Below are positions 17,461 to 25,649 of a stretch of DNA of 43,319 nucleotides, one piece after another. Source of the stretch: a phage; sequence record PX907400.1; one strand, written 5' to 3'. The position numbers and the translations under genes were made by a program. The notes under the pieces were generated by a model that was not told the origin of the DNA, did no database searches, and worked only from the letters and a program-made list of their open reading frames with translations. The first letter of the stretch is position 1; each line of letters begins with the position of its first letter.

Positions 17461-17489
17461 AATATAATAGGGTCTAAGGTAATAGTCAA
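17461..17489 (-). promoter_or_regulatory. sigma70-like promoter (-35 TTGACT, 17 nt, -10 TATATT)
   Basis: Hexamers at correct spacing; contains ATATAATAGGG also seen at 992..1004. Confidence 0.35.
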
Positions 17490-17511
17490 CTAGTCATTAC
17501 AGAAAACAGAT

Positions 17512-17544
17512 AAAAAAAAATCCCGGCTGGGTAAGGGCCGGGAT
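17512..17544 (-). terminator. rho-independent terminator after the endolysin gene
   Basis: TCCCGGC...GCCGGGA stem followed by T9 on the minus strand. Confidence 0.6.
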
Positions 17545-17608
17545 AAAACTGGAGAGCAGAGGGATGGAACAGGAGGTGATTTAAGTATCGTCGGATTAGT
17601 CTCAGGTG

Positions 17609-18115
17609 TCAACCTTTCACCGCGCGACCAATAGCCTCAGCCTCCCGCCACGGTTTACCGTCAAACAACGCCAGACGACCAGCGGTACGGCGACGCAGGC
17701 CGAGCACAGGTTCAAGTTTACCGGTCTTATGGTTGCGCTGGTTAATGAACTGGCTCAACTTGTGCCGTAAGGTCGCGGTGTCCCCCTGCCGTAGCGCCTT
17801 ACCCGTGCCAGTAGTACCTGCAATCACTCCAGCGCCAGCGTTATACACCAGGTCGCATACTGCATCGAACTGTGCCTGTGTAAGCGAATGGTGTGCTGCT
17901 GCGTCAACAGCAGCTACAGCCTTAGCCATATCGCGATTCAGTAACAGCAAGCCCTGTCCTGGTGTGATGGTCTTACCTGGTGTTACGTCTGGCCCGTAGT
18001 GACCATAACCAATAGTCAGGTACTTCTCGTTCGGCGTAGCGCGATACGCAGTTCCGCGGAATCCCTCAAACGCAGCGGTAAAATGCAACCCATTATCTGA
18101 AATGTTTCGAGACAC
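17609..18115 (-). CDS. endolysin (phage lysozyme-like)
   Basis: EGFRGTAYRATPNEKYLTIGYGHY lysozyme motif; GTG 18115 with GGAGGA Shine-Dalgarno. Confidence 0.75.
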   Translation of the reverse strand: MSRNISDNGLHFTAAFEGFRGTAYRATPNEKYLTIGYGHYGPDVTPGKTITPGQGLLLLNRDMAKAVAAVDAAAHHSLTQAQFDAVCDLVYNAGAGVIAGTTGTGKALRQGDTATLRHKLSQFINQRNHKTGKLEPVLGLRRRTAGRLALFDGKPWREAEAIGRAVKG

Positions 18116-18365
18116 GCTTATGTCCTCCGTACGACAGCCACGCCTGACGAATCTGGCGCAGCGCAACTAATGTGATTAATGTCTCAGGCAGCGTAGGTGA
18201 CATGCTGCCCTGTAACAGGTGGATACATCCGGCGGCACAGACGATAGCAGTCAGGATATAGAGAACACGCCCGAACAGCCCGTCGTCCACGCGTTCATTA
18301 TACACGTTGAACAGGGACGAAGCGCCCATTGAAAGCATTGTGACAAACCAGAATAGCTCAGTCAT
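18093..18365 (-). CDS. small membrane protein (second holin or antiholin-like)
   Basis: Two hydrophobic segments; ATG 18365 with AGGAGGA Shine-Dalgarno; lies between holin and endolysin. Confidence 0.5.
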   Translation of the reverse strand: MTELFWFVTMLSMGASSLFNVYNERVDDGLFGRVLYILTAIVCAAGCIHLLQGSMSPTLPETLITLVALRQIRQAWLSYGGHKRVSKHFR

Positions 18366-18666
18366 GCGGTCCTCCTGGGAGGGCAATATCGCCGCCCGAT
18401 ACGATGCCAGAAAGGCGGGAATAGATAGGCATCCAGAGAATGGCAATGATGAATCCGAGGCCGGCTATCTCACGCTCACCGGTAATACCGAACCATTGAG
18501 CGGCAAGAGGTGCACCGAAAATAGCACACGCGAAGCCGGTGAGAAGAAATACCAGTCCGTCAATCGGCCCGGATATAGACTTTTTATGTTGTCTTAGCCC
18601 GACCAATCCACCGACCAGTGCGGCAGCGAGAAGCCACCCCGTCACTGTTTCAGTAAATTTATCCAA
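18358..18666 (-). CDS. holin
   Basis: 102 aa with multiple transmembrane segments, upstream of the endolysin; TTG start with GGAGGA Shine-Dalgarno. Confidence 0.55.
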   Translation of the reverse strand: MDKFTETVTGWLLAAALVGGLVGLRQHKKSISGPIDGLVFLLTGFACAIFGAPLAAQWFGITGEREIAGLGFIIAILWMPIYSRLSGIVSGGDIALPGGPHD

Positions 18667-18741
18667 GATGAATCCTCCAGGTGCGTATTAAGTATGCAGT
18701 AACTGGAGGATAGCACGGTTAGGAATTATCCTAATAGTTGT

Positions 18742-19035
18742 TTATTTATGTCTCCAGATGTATTGTCGTCTCTGTGGTTTCGTCGGAATATCATCGTATC
18801 CAAGCGATTTCCAGTAATTAAATAGCCGATTAGCGATTGCTGCGCGTTCCTGTGTTTTAAACTCACCGAGATTCACAGCCTTCCCGTTCTGGAATCCACA
18901 GGCGCGTACCGCTTTGCGTCTGGCCTGAATCTCGGGGTACAGAGCGTTACGGCGGCGCTTGTGTATACGCGTATTCGCTCTCGGCGACAGCGGCGCAAGG
19001 CCGCTTCGTTTCAGGATGTCAGTTGCTAACGACAT
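18742..19035 (-). CDS. AP2-like DNA-binding domain protein, putative
   Basis: NLGEFKTQERAAIANRLFNYW resembles an AP2 domain; ATG 19035 overlaps the upstream stop. Confidence 0.4.
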   Translation of the reverse strand: MSLATDILKRSGLAPLSPRANTRIHKRRRNALYPEIQARRKAVRACGFQNGKAVNLGEFKTQERAAIANRLFNYWKSLGYDDIPTKPQRRQYIWRHK

Positions 19036-19307
19036 CACTCCACCCCTTCCAAATGTGTAACTGACCCACAGTTCGCGCACTCAACGTAATCCGGGAACTG
19101 GTCCTTGTATTTCTGTAACTCAGCGTTTACTTCTGCCAGTCTTGACACAAGCCCCTCTATTTCCATGTCCGTAGTGGTTATGTAGTCCTGGAAACTGCCA
19201 TCCAGTTCCTTGTAATCTTCGTAGCGAACCACCTCGACCCAATCTTCGTAGAATGCGTCGCCGCCTAATTCAGTCCCTCGTGCTTCATATTTACGAACCA
19301 TAATCAC
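19035..19307 (-). CDS. hypothetical protein
   Basis: 90 aa acidic ORF with C-terminal CANCG. Confidence 0.45.
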   Translation of the reverse strand: MIMVRKYEARGTELGGDAFYEDWVEVVRYEDYKELDGSFQDYITTTDMEIEGLVSRLAEVNAELQKYKDQFPDYVECANCGSVTHLEGVE

Positions 19308-19507
19308 TTCCCCTGTTTACCAAGTCGCTTAGGTGAGCAGATAGCGCGTACCTCTGAATCGTTGGGCTTGTCGCCCTGAAACAGGAAGTGCGCGTTCTCT
19401 GCGGTGCGTGCCGCTGACTGGCACGCCTCCATCGAATAAAACGTTTCTGATGCCGCTAGTTGCATCTGGCCCGCCGACAGTACCCAGATAAATAAGATGC
19501 TGGTCAT
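19304..19507 (-). CDS. hypothetical protein
   Basis: 67 aa ORF with overlapping start and stop. Confidence 0.4.
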   Translation of the reverse strand: MTSILFIWVLSAGQMQLAASETFYSMEACQSAARTAENAHFLFQGDKPNDSEVRAICSPKRLGKQGK

Positions 19508-19917
19508 TTCAGTTTAGCCCCGCAATCAAGACACTTTTTAGTAAAACCCGGCGCAAAGCCTTTGCGCAAACCGACGGTATTAGCGTGTTGGCAATCGCTC
19601 AATTCCGATTCTTGCTTACCGCATTTAGCGCAAATGAAGTAGTCCCCTTTTTCATCTAGCGCCCAATCATGCTCGCATTCCTGGGTATCCTCTTTACGGC
19701 AACCGGATTGCTCCTGTTTGCGGATAAGTTTGTACGCCTCCACGTCGCCCGTAGCTTTGACCAGCGCCATATGTAGCTCCTTAATCTGCGCCGACGCATC
19801 ACGTAACTGATTCTTAAGTGACTGCACCCCATGCGCCAGGTCTTCGCACCGGTTGTTATTTACCTGATGCCGTAGCTGGTCAATCAGGTGCTCGAATACT
19901 TCGTTTTTGTTACTCAT
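19504..19917 (-). CDS. zinc-finger protein, putative
   Basis: CAKCG...C...CLDCG cysteine pairs; N-terminus MSNKNE is identical to the next gene. Confidence 0.5.
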   Translation of the reverse strand: MSNKNEVFEHLIDQLRHQVNNNRCEDLAHGVQSLKNQLRDASAQIKELHMALVKATGDVEAYKLIRKQEQSGCRKEDTQECEHDWALDEKGDYFICAKCGKQESELSDCQHANTVGLRKGFAPGFTKKCLDCGAKLK

Positions 19918-20102
19918 GATACGTCTCCTACTAACACAACCTTCATGATACCGCGTTCACCTTTCTCACCAGCACGAAGCCACTCACGCGCAACTTTCTC
20001 ATCAGTGAACACGAATTTAGGTACGTGCTTCCCGTCAGAGGCGATAACCCACGCCGACCATACTGGGGTAACTTTAATCAAATGCTCGTTTTTGTTACTC
20101 AT
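19914..20102 (-). CDS. hypothetical protein
   Basis: 62 aa; GAGAGGGGA Shine-Dalgarno; flanked by 17-nt direct repeats. Confidence 0.45.
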   Translation of the reverse strand: MSNKNEHLIKVTPVWSAWVIASDGKHVPKFVFTDEKVAREWLRAGEKGERGIMKVVLVGDVS

Positions 20103-20133
20103 ATTCTGTCTCCCCTCTCGTTCGTGTAAATGA

Positions 20134-20162
20134 ATAGTAGCCTATTATATCTTAGTGTGCAA
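20134..20162 (-). promoter_or_regulatory. promoter (-35 TTGCAC, 17 nt, -10 TACTAT) with AATAG-N4-CTATT operator
   Basis: Same architecture as 982..1010 and 21460..21489. Confidence 0.4.
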
Positions 20163-20169
20163 GTAAATT

Positions 20170-20343
20170 TTATTGGTGTGTTATAGAGTCGATGAACGCA
20201 AGTAACTCCCTTTCCGCTTCTGCTTCTCTTTCTTCAAGCGACCAGGTAGCGGATTCATCTGTTGCCGTTGCTAAATCGGTTTTTACGTCAATCATCGTGT
20301 CGATTAACGTTATTAGTCGTTCAGCCTGTTCTTTAGTAATCAT
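20170..20343 (-). CDS. hypothetical small protein (57 aa)
   Basis: ATG 20343 with GGAGA Shine-Dalgarno; the S-rich track ORF 20192..20404 is its antisense. Confidence 0.4.
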   Translation of the reverse strand: MITKEQAERLITLIDTMIDVKTDLATATDESATWSLEEREAEAERELLAFIDSITHQ

Positions 20344-20477
20344 TGTTGCATCTCCTGCAATAGTCGCTTCGATTGTTGCGTTTGATGAAAGTGTCGCTTT
20401 TTGACGACACTAAGTTAAAGTTGTACGCTGCTGTGTAGCAGCGTAAGTCACTCAGTAAAACCTTAAACTATTGAACA

Positions 20478-20681
20478 TCACACTTCCGGCGGCTCTGGTA
20501 ACGGCATCCAGTGGGTTACATCTTTAATGGGGGCATCGCTGTCATACTCCAACGCCGCCATGTAGAACCCTTTGTGGCTGGAATAAGAAATACCTGATAT
20601 TACAATCCCGTCTGAACAGGCAACAATGATGTCGTCCGTTTCTTCCGGCATCCGCCCACTGCACTTAATCCACTCACCCAT
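20478..20681 (-). CDS. hypothetical protein
   Basis: 67 aa ORF. Confidence 0.45.
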   Translation of the reverse strand: MGEWIKCSGRMPEETDDIIVACSDGIVISGISYSSHKGFYMAALEYDSDAPIKDVTHWMPLPEPPEV

Positions 20682-20684
20682 AAA

Positions 20685-20828
20685 TCACCCCTTATTCATC
20701 ACAGATTGCACGCCAGCTTTCCACGCCCGCCACGCGAGACGCGTCTTAACGTTCAGGTACTCTTTCTTTGAACCCTTGTTAACCGGCAGACCCTCGACGA
20801 CGGCCCACCGTTCGAATGCTTCTCTCAT
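20685..20828 (-). CDS. hypothetical small protein (47 aa)
   Basis: ATGA overlap with the upstream gene. Confidence 0.35.
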   Translation of the reverse strand: MREAFERWAVVEGLPVNKGSKKEYLNVKTRLAWRAWKAGVQSVMNKG

Positions 20829-20980
20829 ACCAGAGCCTCACATTCATCCCGATACACGAACAATAACGACCCTTTGTACTCAATCATAAAACCATAATGG
20901 TTGATGCTGAACGCCGGAAAAACATCACCTACCGAGATACCGAAATCTATAAGCCTGCGGTCAGTTATACGGATTCGCAT
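20825..20980 (-). CDS. hypothetical small protein (51 aa)
   Basis: TAATG overlap upstream and ATGA overlap downstream. Confidence 0.35.
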   Translation of the reverse strand: MRIRITDRRLIDFGISVGDVFPAFSINHYGFMIEYKGSLLFVYRDECEALV

Positions 20981-21234
20981 TAACGGCAACCTCCCTCAGA
21001 GTCGTCGGCACGAGCATCATGATTCGATGCCGTTGTGAATGAGGCAGAAACAGCATTGACCCTGCTAACGGTTAAAGTTTCTCTTACATCGTCATTTAAA
21101 TCCCATTCATCACCGTCTTCGTCTAAAACATATCGACGGCCGTCGGAATATACTCCGGACGAATATCTGTTACCTTTAACAAACCAATCCTGCACATCCT
21201 GGCTGGATTCAATACAAATTAGTTCTTCCATCAC
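20980..21234 (-). CDS. hypothetical protein
   Basis: 84 aa acidic ORF. Confidence 0.45.
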   Translation of the reverse strand: MMEELICIESSQDVQDWFVKGNRYSSGVYSDGRRYVLDEDGDEWDLNDDVRETLTVSRVNAVSASFTTASNHDARADDSEGGCR

Positions 21235-21425
21235 GTGTTATCCCCTTTGAATTTAAAATTGTTGCCGATGAGTGTTAAATTATCGCGTAAGGCGAAACCA
21301 GGTTTCTTTCTTACCAGACCCCATACGTCGACCAGATTATCCTCGTCATACTCGTTCTCGTCCTGCAACACTAATACATATTGTTCTCCGCGTTTAGTTT
21401 TCACCAACTGACCTTTCTTAAACAT
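21231..21425 (-). CDS. hypothetical protein
   Basis: ATG 21425 with GAGGAG Shine-Dalgarno (track gives GTG at 21434); first gene after the promoter at 21460..21489. Confidence 0.45.
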   Translation of the reverse strand: MFKKGQLVKTKRGEQYVLVLQDENEYDEDNLVDVWGLVRKKPGFALRDNLTLIGNNFKFKGDNT

Positions 21426-21459
21426 AACCCTCACTCCTCTGTCTCGTTTCGATAAGTGA

Positions 21460-21489
21460 ATAGTATCCTATTATGTTGGGGGTGTGCAA
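21460..21489 (-). promoter_or_regulatory. promoter (-35 TTGCAC, 18 nt, -10 TACTAT) with AATAG-N4-CTATT operator
   Basis: Same architecture as 982..1010 and 20134..20162. Confidence 0.4.
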
Positions 21490-21544
21490 GAGATTAGTTA
21501 CGTTGCCGTTGTGATTCTTTCGTTTAATGGGGTAGCGAGCGAAA

Positions 21545-21752
21545 CGAAACGAACGTGGTGCCGAAGGCACCAAGAGTGAGTGAGTGAGCTTGCGGTTCTA
21601 ACCTACGGCAAATCAGTAACTTAGATATTTAGGCGGGAATTACAATAGACTTTGGCCCTTCCGAATGCGCCAGCGAGCCTCACTCCACACGTCAAGACGT
21701 GCTCGTTTCGCCTGCCGCGCACCGCGGTCGCTTGTTCATACTTCACAAGCTC
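21545..21752 (-). ncRNA. putative sRNA or structured leader (copy B of the duplicated element)
   Basis: Conserved promoter then ~110-nt block shared with 10329..10424; ends near the GGTGCC-GAAG-GGCACC hairpin. Confidence 0.3.
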
Positions 21753-21758
21753 AGGACG

Positions 21759-21787
21759 AGCTTACCATATTTCTTAGTAAAAGTCAA
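21759..21787 (-). promoter_or_regulatory. sigma70-like promoter (-35 TTGACT, 17 nt, -10 TAAGCT)
   Basis: Identical hexamers and spacing to 10431..10459. Confidence 0.45.
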
Positions 21788-21834
21788 TACAAGTAGCATC
21801 TTTTGCGCCTTAGTAACTTTGTGTGGTGTTTTGG

Positions 21835-21863
21835 TTGCTTTTACAAAGTTACCGCCTTATACT
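21835..21863 (+). promoter_or_regulatory. sigma70-like promoter (-35 TTGCTT, 17 nt, -10 TATACT) for the rightward operon
   Basis: Hexamers at correct spacing about 30 nt upstream of ATG 21893. Confidence 0.4.
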
Positions 21864-21892
21864 TCGGTATATCTTACATAGGAGAACGTGAA

Positions 21893-22063
21893 ATGACTAT
21901 CAATGAAGTTGCAGAATTAATCGGTGTCACCCGCCAGACAATTAATAACTGGATTAAGAGTGGAAAGTTTCCAGATTGCGGCGTTAAAGTAATGGGCCGC
22001 CGGATGCCGGGAACATTCGACCGTAATAAAGTTGAAGCGTGGATTAAGGAGAACGTGAAATGA
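21893..22063 (+). CDS. AlpA-like HTH transcriptional regulator
   Basis: MTINEVAELIGVTRQTINNWIKSGKFP HTH; GGAGAA Shine-Dalgarno (track ORF starts at TTG 21803). Confidence 0.6.
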   Translation: MTINEVAELIGVTRQTINNWIKSGKFPDCGVKVMGRRMPGTFDRNKVEAWIKENVK

Positions 22064-22293
22064 TTGGGCGTATGGGTTGTAGCTTCCGCGAAGACGGCAG
22101 CATTAAATATTATTTCAAGATTGCGTCAAATATAACCGACGATGTGTGTTATGTAGAACTTTTCCCTTATAACTTTTGTGGACCCACTAAAATAGTTAAA
22201 TTTTCTATAGAGGATATCCTTGATTGCAGTTTTTACCGTAGCGAAGGAGAGTGGGTTAATGCGGTGCGTAGACAAAAGAAACCCCAACGCTAG
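22060..22293 (+). CDS. hypothetical protein
   Basis: 77 aa, ATGA overlap with the upstream gene. Confidence 0.45.
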   Translation: MIGRMGCSFREDGSIKYYFKIASNITDDVCYVELFPYNFCGPTKIVKFSIEDILDCSFYRSEGEWVNAVRRQKKPQR

Positions 22294-22343
22294 AACGTCG
22301 GGGCTAAAGTACAAATCATCAAAGTAAGCACAAGGATTATACA

Positions 22344-22472
22344 ATGACGAAGTTAATAGTTCCACAGCTACGCCGCCAGAAACACGGCGCTGATTTCTTC
22401 GCACCGGTAAAGATGAACCGCGCAATGCGCCGTATGCAGGAAGCCTTAGAACGTGCGGAGAAAAAGAAATGA
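22344..22472 (+). CDS. hypothetical small protein (42 aa)
   Basis: AAGGA Shine-Dalgarno; stop overlaps the primase-helicase ATG. Confidence 0.3.
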   Translation: MTKLIVPQLRRQKHGADFFAPVKMNRAMRRMQEALERAEKKK

Positions 22473-24730
22473 ATATTGTTTTTGCAACGCTGCGTAACAC
22501 ATTCGATAAAAACCCTGTAGCGCGTGAAATGCCGCTGGAGCAGTTCGTAGAGTATGTCTGTGATACATCGAAGCGTTTATCCGTGGACCCGTCGTGGACT
22601 AAGGAAGAGTACGACGCCGCCAAGATTAAACAGAAAGCTATCGCACCTGTTGGTGGTCGCCGTAAGAACGCGATTCTGGAAGACAGTGTGGTTAAGTTCG
22701 ACTTTGACCATCTCAACCGTACTCAGTACCGCAACCTGACACGCAAATTTAAGAATGCGCCGTTCTTCAACATTCTGCATACAACGGCGTCACACCGGCA
22801 CGCGTGCAAAAACGGGGGTTACGCCTTCCGCGTTCTGGTTCCGGCTCGCACGCCGTTTAACTCTAACGATGCGTGGATGGTGCAACGTGCTATTTGTGCC
22901 GAGTTAGAAATAGACGAAGCATTGCGCGACCACTGCACGGAAGACGGCAATCGCCTTATCTACCTGCCGCATAAAGAGTCAAAGATAACGGTTACAGAAG
23001 GGCGGGTTATCCGTGCTGAGCGGTACATCAAGAAAGCCGAAGAGATGGGATTGCGTAAGCGTGAAGCTAAGACGCTTGCTGCCGATGAGCACGGGCTTAA
23101 CGCAGATATAGCCCATTTCTGCGAAGCTGAGTTAGGTCTTGACGCTCTATCTTCCGGCCGCGGGTACGAAGTGCCTTGCCCTAACGAACACCTGCACACC
23201 GGAAAAGGTTCCACCAGCATTATGCTTGACGGTAAAGAAGTGCGCTTCGTGTGCCAGCACACAAACAACGGCGCTTGCACTGAACTTAATCGTCGACAAC
23301 ATTTGGCCTTGCGTATGTGCGGACTGCCAGACGAGCTTAACGTAGACAAGCAACCTATCAGTATTAACAGCATTCGTGCGGCTTTGCCGGATTTACCGGA
23401 CGAAGAGATTGAGGAATTGCACCGCACAGAGAACGAAGAGCCTGTAACTTGCACGCTGGAAGACCTTGAAGACGAGCCGGAAGTAGAAAAAGAACCTGCT
23501 TACTCCGTCGTAGACGGCCTTATGCAGACTAATGAATCCTTCTACATTTGCGCAAAGTCCCACACTGGTAAGTCAACATTTAGTATGGCGATTGACGCCG
23601 CTATTGCCGCTGAAAAAAGATATGCGTTCGGCGGGGCTGAGGTCGCAGAAGGACATGCGTTCATTTTTGCGGGTGAAGGTGCGCAGTCGTTCGAGCGACA
23701 TAAAAAGTCTTTGCAGATTGCCCTCGGTGATAGCCTGGACCGCTTGCACATTATCGATTGTGTCGCCGATGGGTGTAATTTACTTGATGAGGCGTGGCGC
23801 CGCCAGGCGGTGAGAATGATGCGCCGTGTTGCCGGTGAAGAGAAAATTGTAAAGGTTACGTTTGATACCCTACAAACTTGCATACCGGGCTTCGACGAAA
23901 ACGATAACAGGTCGATGAAAGAAGCGGCGCAGGCGCTTAACGAAATAGCGGCAACGCTTAACGCTGCGGTCGGCGCTATGGTGCACCCGACTAAAAACAT
24001 CGACGAAACAGTACCGTCCGAAAACGGCATGATGCCGAAGGGTGGGAGCGACTTTCACAACTCCATCGATAACGGGATGTTCCTGCATAAACCAGACAAC
24101 GACAATAACTTAGAGATAAATCTGTATCACATAAAGAACCGAAACGGAGAACGGCAGAAAGCCAGAGGGTTCGTAATACAGAAGATTCAGATAGCGGAGC
24201 CCCCAGAAAAGAAAGAACCAACTCACAACTTCATGGGACTCCCGGAAGGGTACAGTAGTGACGATGTACGAGATTTTGACGCAGGAAATCCGCACATCGA
24301 TGTCTTTGTTAACTTTAACTCCTTCTCTGTCTTCGTGAAGAAAGTAGAAGGTATGACCGACGAACAGAAGGAAGCCGTTAAAGAAAAGGTAGGCCAGTTC
24401 GAGAAACTGGACACCAAAGAAGCTACGGTTATTTACGCATTGGGTAAATTGCAGGAGCAGGGCGACGACAAGCGGGGGTTTTCCATGTCAGCTATCGTCA
24501 AAGCAGCTAAAGAAGATAGTTACGGCGTACCGATTAACGCTAATAACGACCTTCGAAAGAAACTGGAAGAGATGCACGAGGCTGGGGTTATCGTCTCAGG
24601 CCTGGATAACAACAACAGGCCTATCCCTAAGCAATACCGGTTGCCGTGGGGTATAAACGACAACAAGATCCCGAAGACGATATACGAACCGAATGAACTG
24701 TTAACAGTGACAGAGGAGGATTTAGAATAG
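22469..24730 (+). CDS. replication protein: primase-polymerase-like N-terminal domain fused to a RecA/DnaB-like ATPase
   Basis: DFDH and SHRH motifs, Cys/His zinc-binding cluster (CPNEHLH...C), Walker A AKSHTGKST. Confidence 0.6.
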   Translation: MNIVFATLRNTFDKNPVAREMPLEQFVEYVCDTSKRLSVDPSWTKEEYDAAKIKQKAIAPVGGRRKNAILEDSVVKFDFDHLNRTQYRNLTRKFKNAPFFNILHTTASHRHACKNGGYAFRVLVPARTPFNSNDAWMVQRAICAELEIDEALRDHCTEDGNRLIYLPHKESKITVTEGRVIRAERYIKKAEEMGLRKREAKTLAADEHGLNADIAHFCEAELGLDALSSGRGYEVPCPNEHLHTGKGSTSIMLDGKEVRFVCQHTNNGACTELNRRQHLALRMCGLPDELNVDKQPISINSIRAALPDLPDEEIEELHRTENEEPVTCTLEDLEDEPEVEKEPAYSVVDGLMQTNESFYICAKSHTGKSTFSMAIDAAIAAEKRYAFGGAEVAEGHAFIFAGEGAQSFERHKKSLQIALGDSLDRLHIIDCVADGCNLLDEAWRRQAVRMMRRVAGEEKIVKVTFDTLQTCIPGFDENDNRSMKEAAQALNEIAATLNAAVGAMVHPTKNIDETVPSENGMMPKGGSDFHNSIDNGMFLHKPDNDNNLEINLYHIKNRNGERQKARGFVIQKIQIAEPPEKKEPTHNFMGLPEGYSSDDVRDFDAGNPHIDVFVNFNSFSVFVKKVEGMTDEQKEAVKEKVGQFEKLDTKEATVIYALGKLQEQGDDKRGFSMSAIVKAAKEDSYGVPINANNDLRKKLEEMHEAGVIVSGLDNNNRPIPKQYRLPWGINDNKIPKTIYEPNELLTVTEEDLE

Positions 24731-24740
24731 GCAAAAAGAA

Positions 24741-24757
24741 AGGGGCGTTAAGCCCCT
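24741..24757. terminator. stem-loop/terminator between convergent genes
   Basis: AGGGGC-GTTAA-GCCCCT with T-rich flank on the minus strand. Confidence 0.4.
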
Positions 24758-24963
24758 TCACCGAACGCCAGCCACTTAGCGTCTACTTGCAGCACTTCCG
24801 CCAGTTTAAACAGCGTCGCCGGGCGGACGTCCTGAGTTACCCCAAGTGCCAGCTGGTTAATCGCGCCCTGGGAAACACCGGCCAGGACAGCCAGACGGCG
24901 TTGGGAAATGCCGAGTTCTTTACGGCGCTGTTCTACGCGGATGCCTAGTTCAGATGGTTGCAT
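24748..24963 (-). CDS. XRE-family HTH transcriptional regulator (Cro/CI-like)
   Basis: ISQRRLAVLAGVSQGAINQL HTH; divergent from the rightward operon; AAGGAG Shine-Dalgarno. Confidence 0.65.
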   Translation of the reverse strand: MQPSELGIRVEQRRKELGISQRRLAVLAGVSQGAINQLALGVTQDVRPATLFKLAEVLQVDAKWLAFGEGA

Positions 24964-24983
24964 GTCAATTACTCCTTAGTCAG

Positions 24984-25012
24984 TTGATATGTGAATAGTA
25001 CCATATTAATTA
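24984..25012 (+). promoter_or_regulatory. promoter/operator-like element (TTGATA + GTGAATAGTACCATATTA)
   Basis: Degenerate copy of the operator in the divergent region; direction uncertain. Confidence 0.3.
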
Positions 25013-25027
25013 TTTTAGAAAAGCCCA

Positions 25028-25056
25028 TTGACACGTGAATAGTTCGCTATTATAGT
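25028..25056 (+). promoter_or_regulatory. sigma70 promoter (-35 TTGACA, 17 nt, -10 TATAGT) with AATAG-N4-CTATT operator in the spacer
   Basis: Near-consensus hexamers; same architecture at 27724..27752 and 31430..31458. Confidence 0.55.
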
Positions 25057-25087
25057 TAACCCATACCAAACGAGAGGAGAGAAACAA

Positions 25088-25606
25088 ATGTTAGACCAAT
25101 TCTTAAAATTACTGGAACGTTTCGTAGTTGCGCATGAACTGATTGCCGCTAACAGCGAGAAACCACAAAACGGCAAATCAGTAGGTGAATTAACCGTTGA
25201 TGTTGCGGTAACTGGGGTAGAGACAGTTAAAAAAGAACTGGCTAAAGCACTTGAAGAAGTAGAGAAGGCGAAAGAAATCCCGGTTGAAGGTGAAGACATC
25301 GTCGACACTAAACCAGCAGAAGAAGAGAAGCCGAAACGCAAGCCGCGTAAATCTAAAGTAGAGGAACCGACGCCAGAACCGGAAGAGAAGGAAGAAGTAG
25401 ATTACCAGTCTCTGCGTGACCAGATTCAGGCTATCGACGATGCAATTAATGAAGGTCCGAGCGACGCCGCGTGCGATGATTCCGATGAACTGCTGGAAGA
25501 GTTCACCGGTAAGAAGATGAAGATTGCCGCGATTAAAGACGAAGACCTTGCCGAATACCTGGAACGCCTGACGGCAATCAAGAACAAGTATTTCGAAGAA
25601 GAATAA
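25088..25606 (+). CDS. acidic early protein of unknown function
   Basis: 172 aa rich in E/D/K; first gene downstream of the promoter at 25028. Confidence 0.5.
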   Translation: MLDQFLKLLERFVVAHELIAANSEKPQNGKSVGELTVDVAVTGVETVKKELAKALEEVEKAKEIPVEGEDIVDTKPAEEEKPKRKPRKSKVEEPTPEPEEKEEVDYQSLRDQIQAIDDAINEGPSDAACDDSDELLEEFTGKKMKIAAIKDEDLAEYLERLTAIKNKYFEEE

Positions 25607-25649
25607 TTATCCCACGGCCTTCGGGCCGCTTTAACTGAGGGTCGGGATT

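Noticed and set aside
20192-20404. 70-aa Ser-rich plus-strand ORF
   Set aside because: Low-complexity product; the opposite strand encodes a better small ORF (20170..20343) with a Shine-Dalgarno sequence.
21893-24963. Lysogeny switch implying a temperate lifestyle
   Set aside because: AlpA-like and XRE-like regulators are present but no integrase, excisionase partner or partition genes; they more likely control early transcription.
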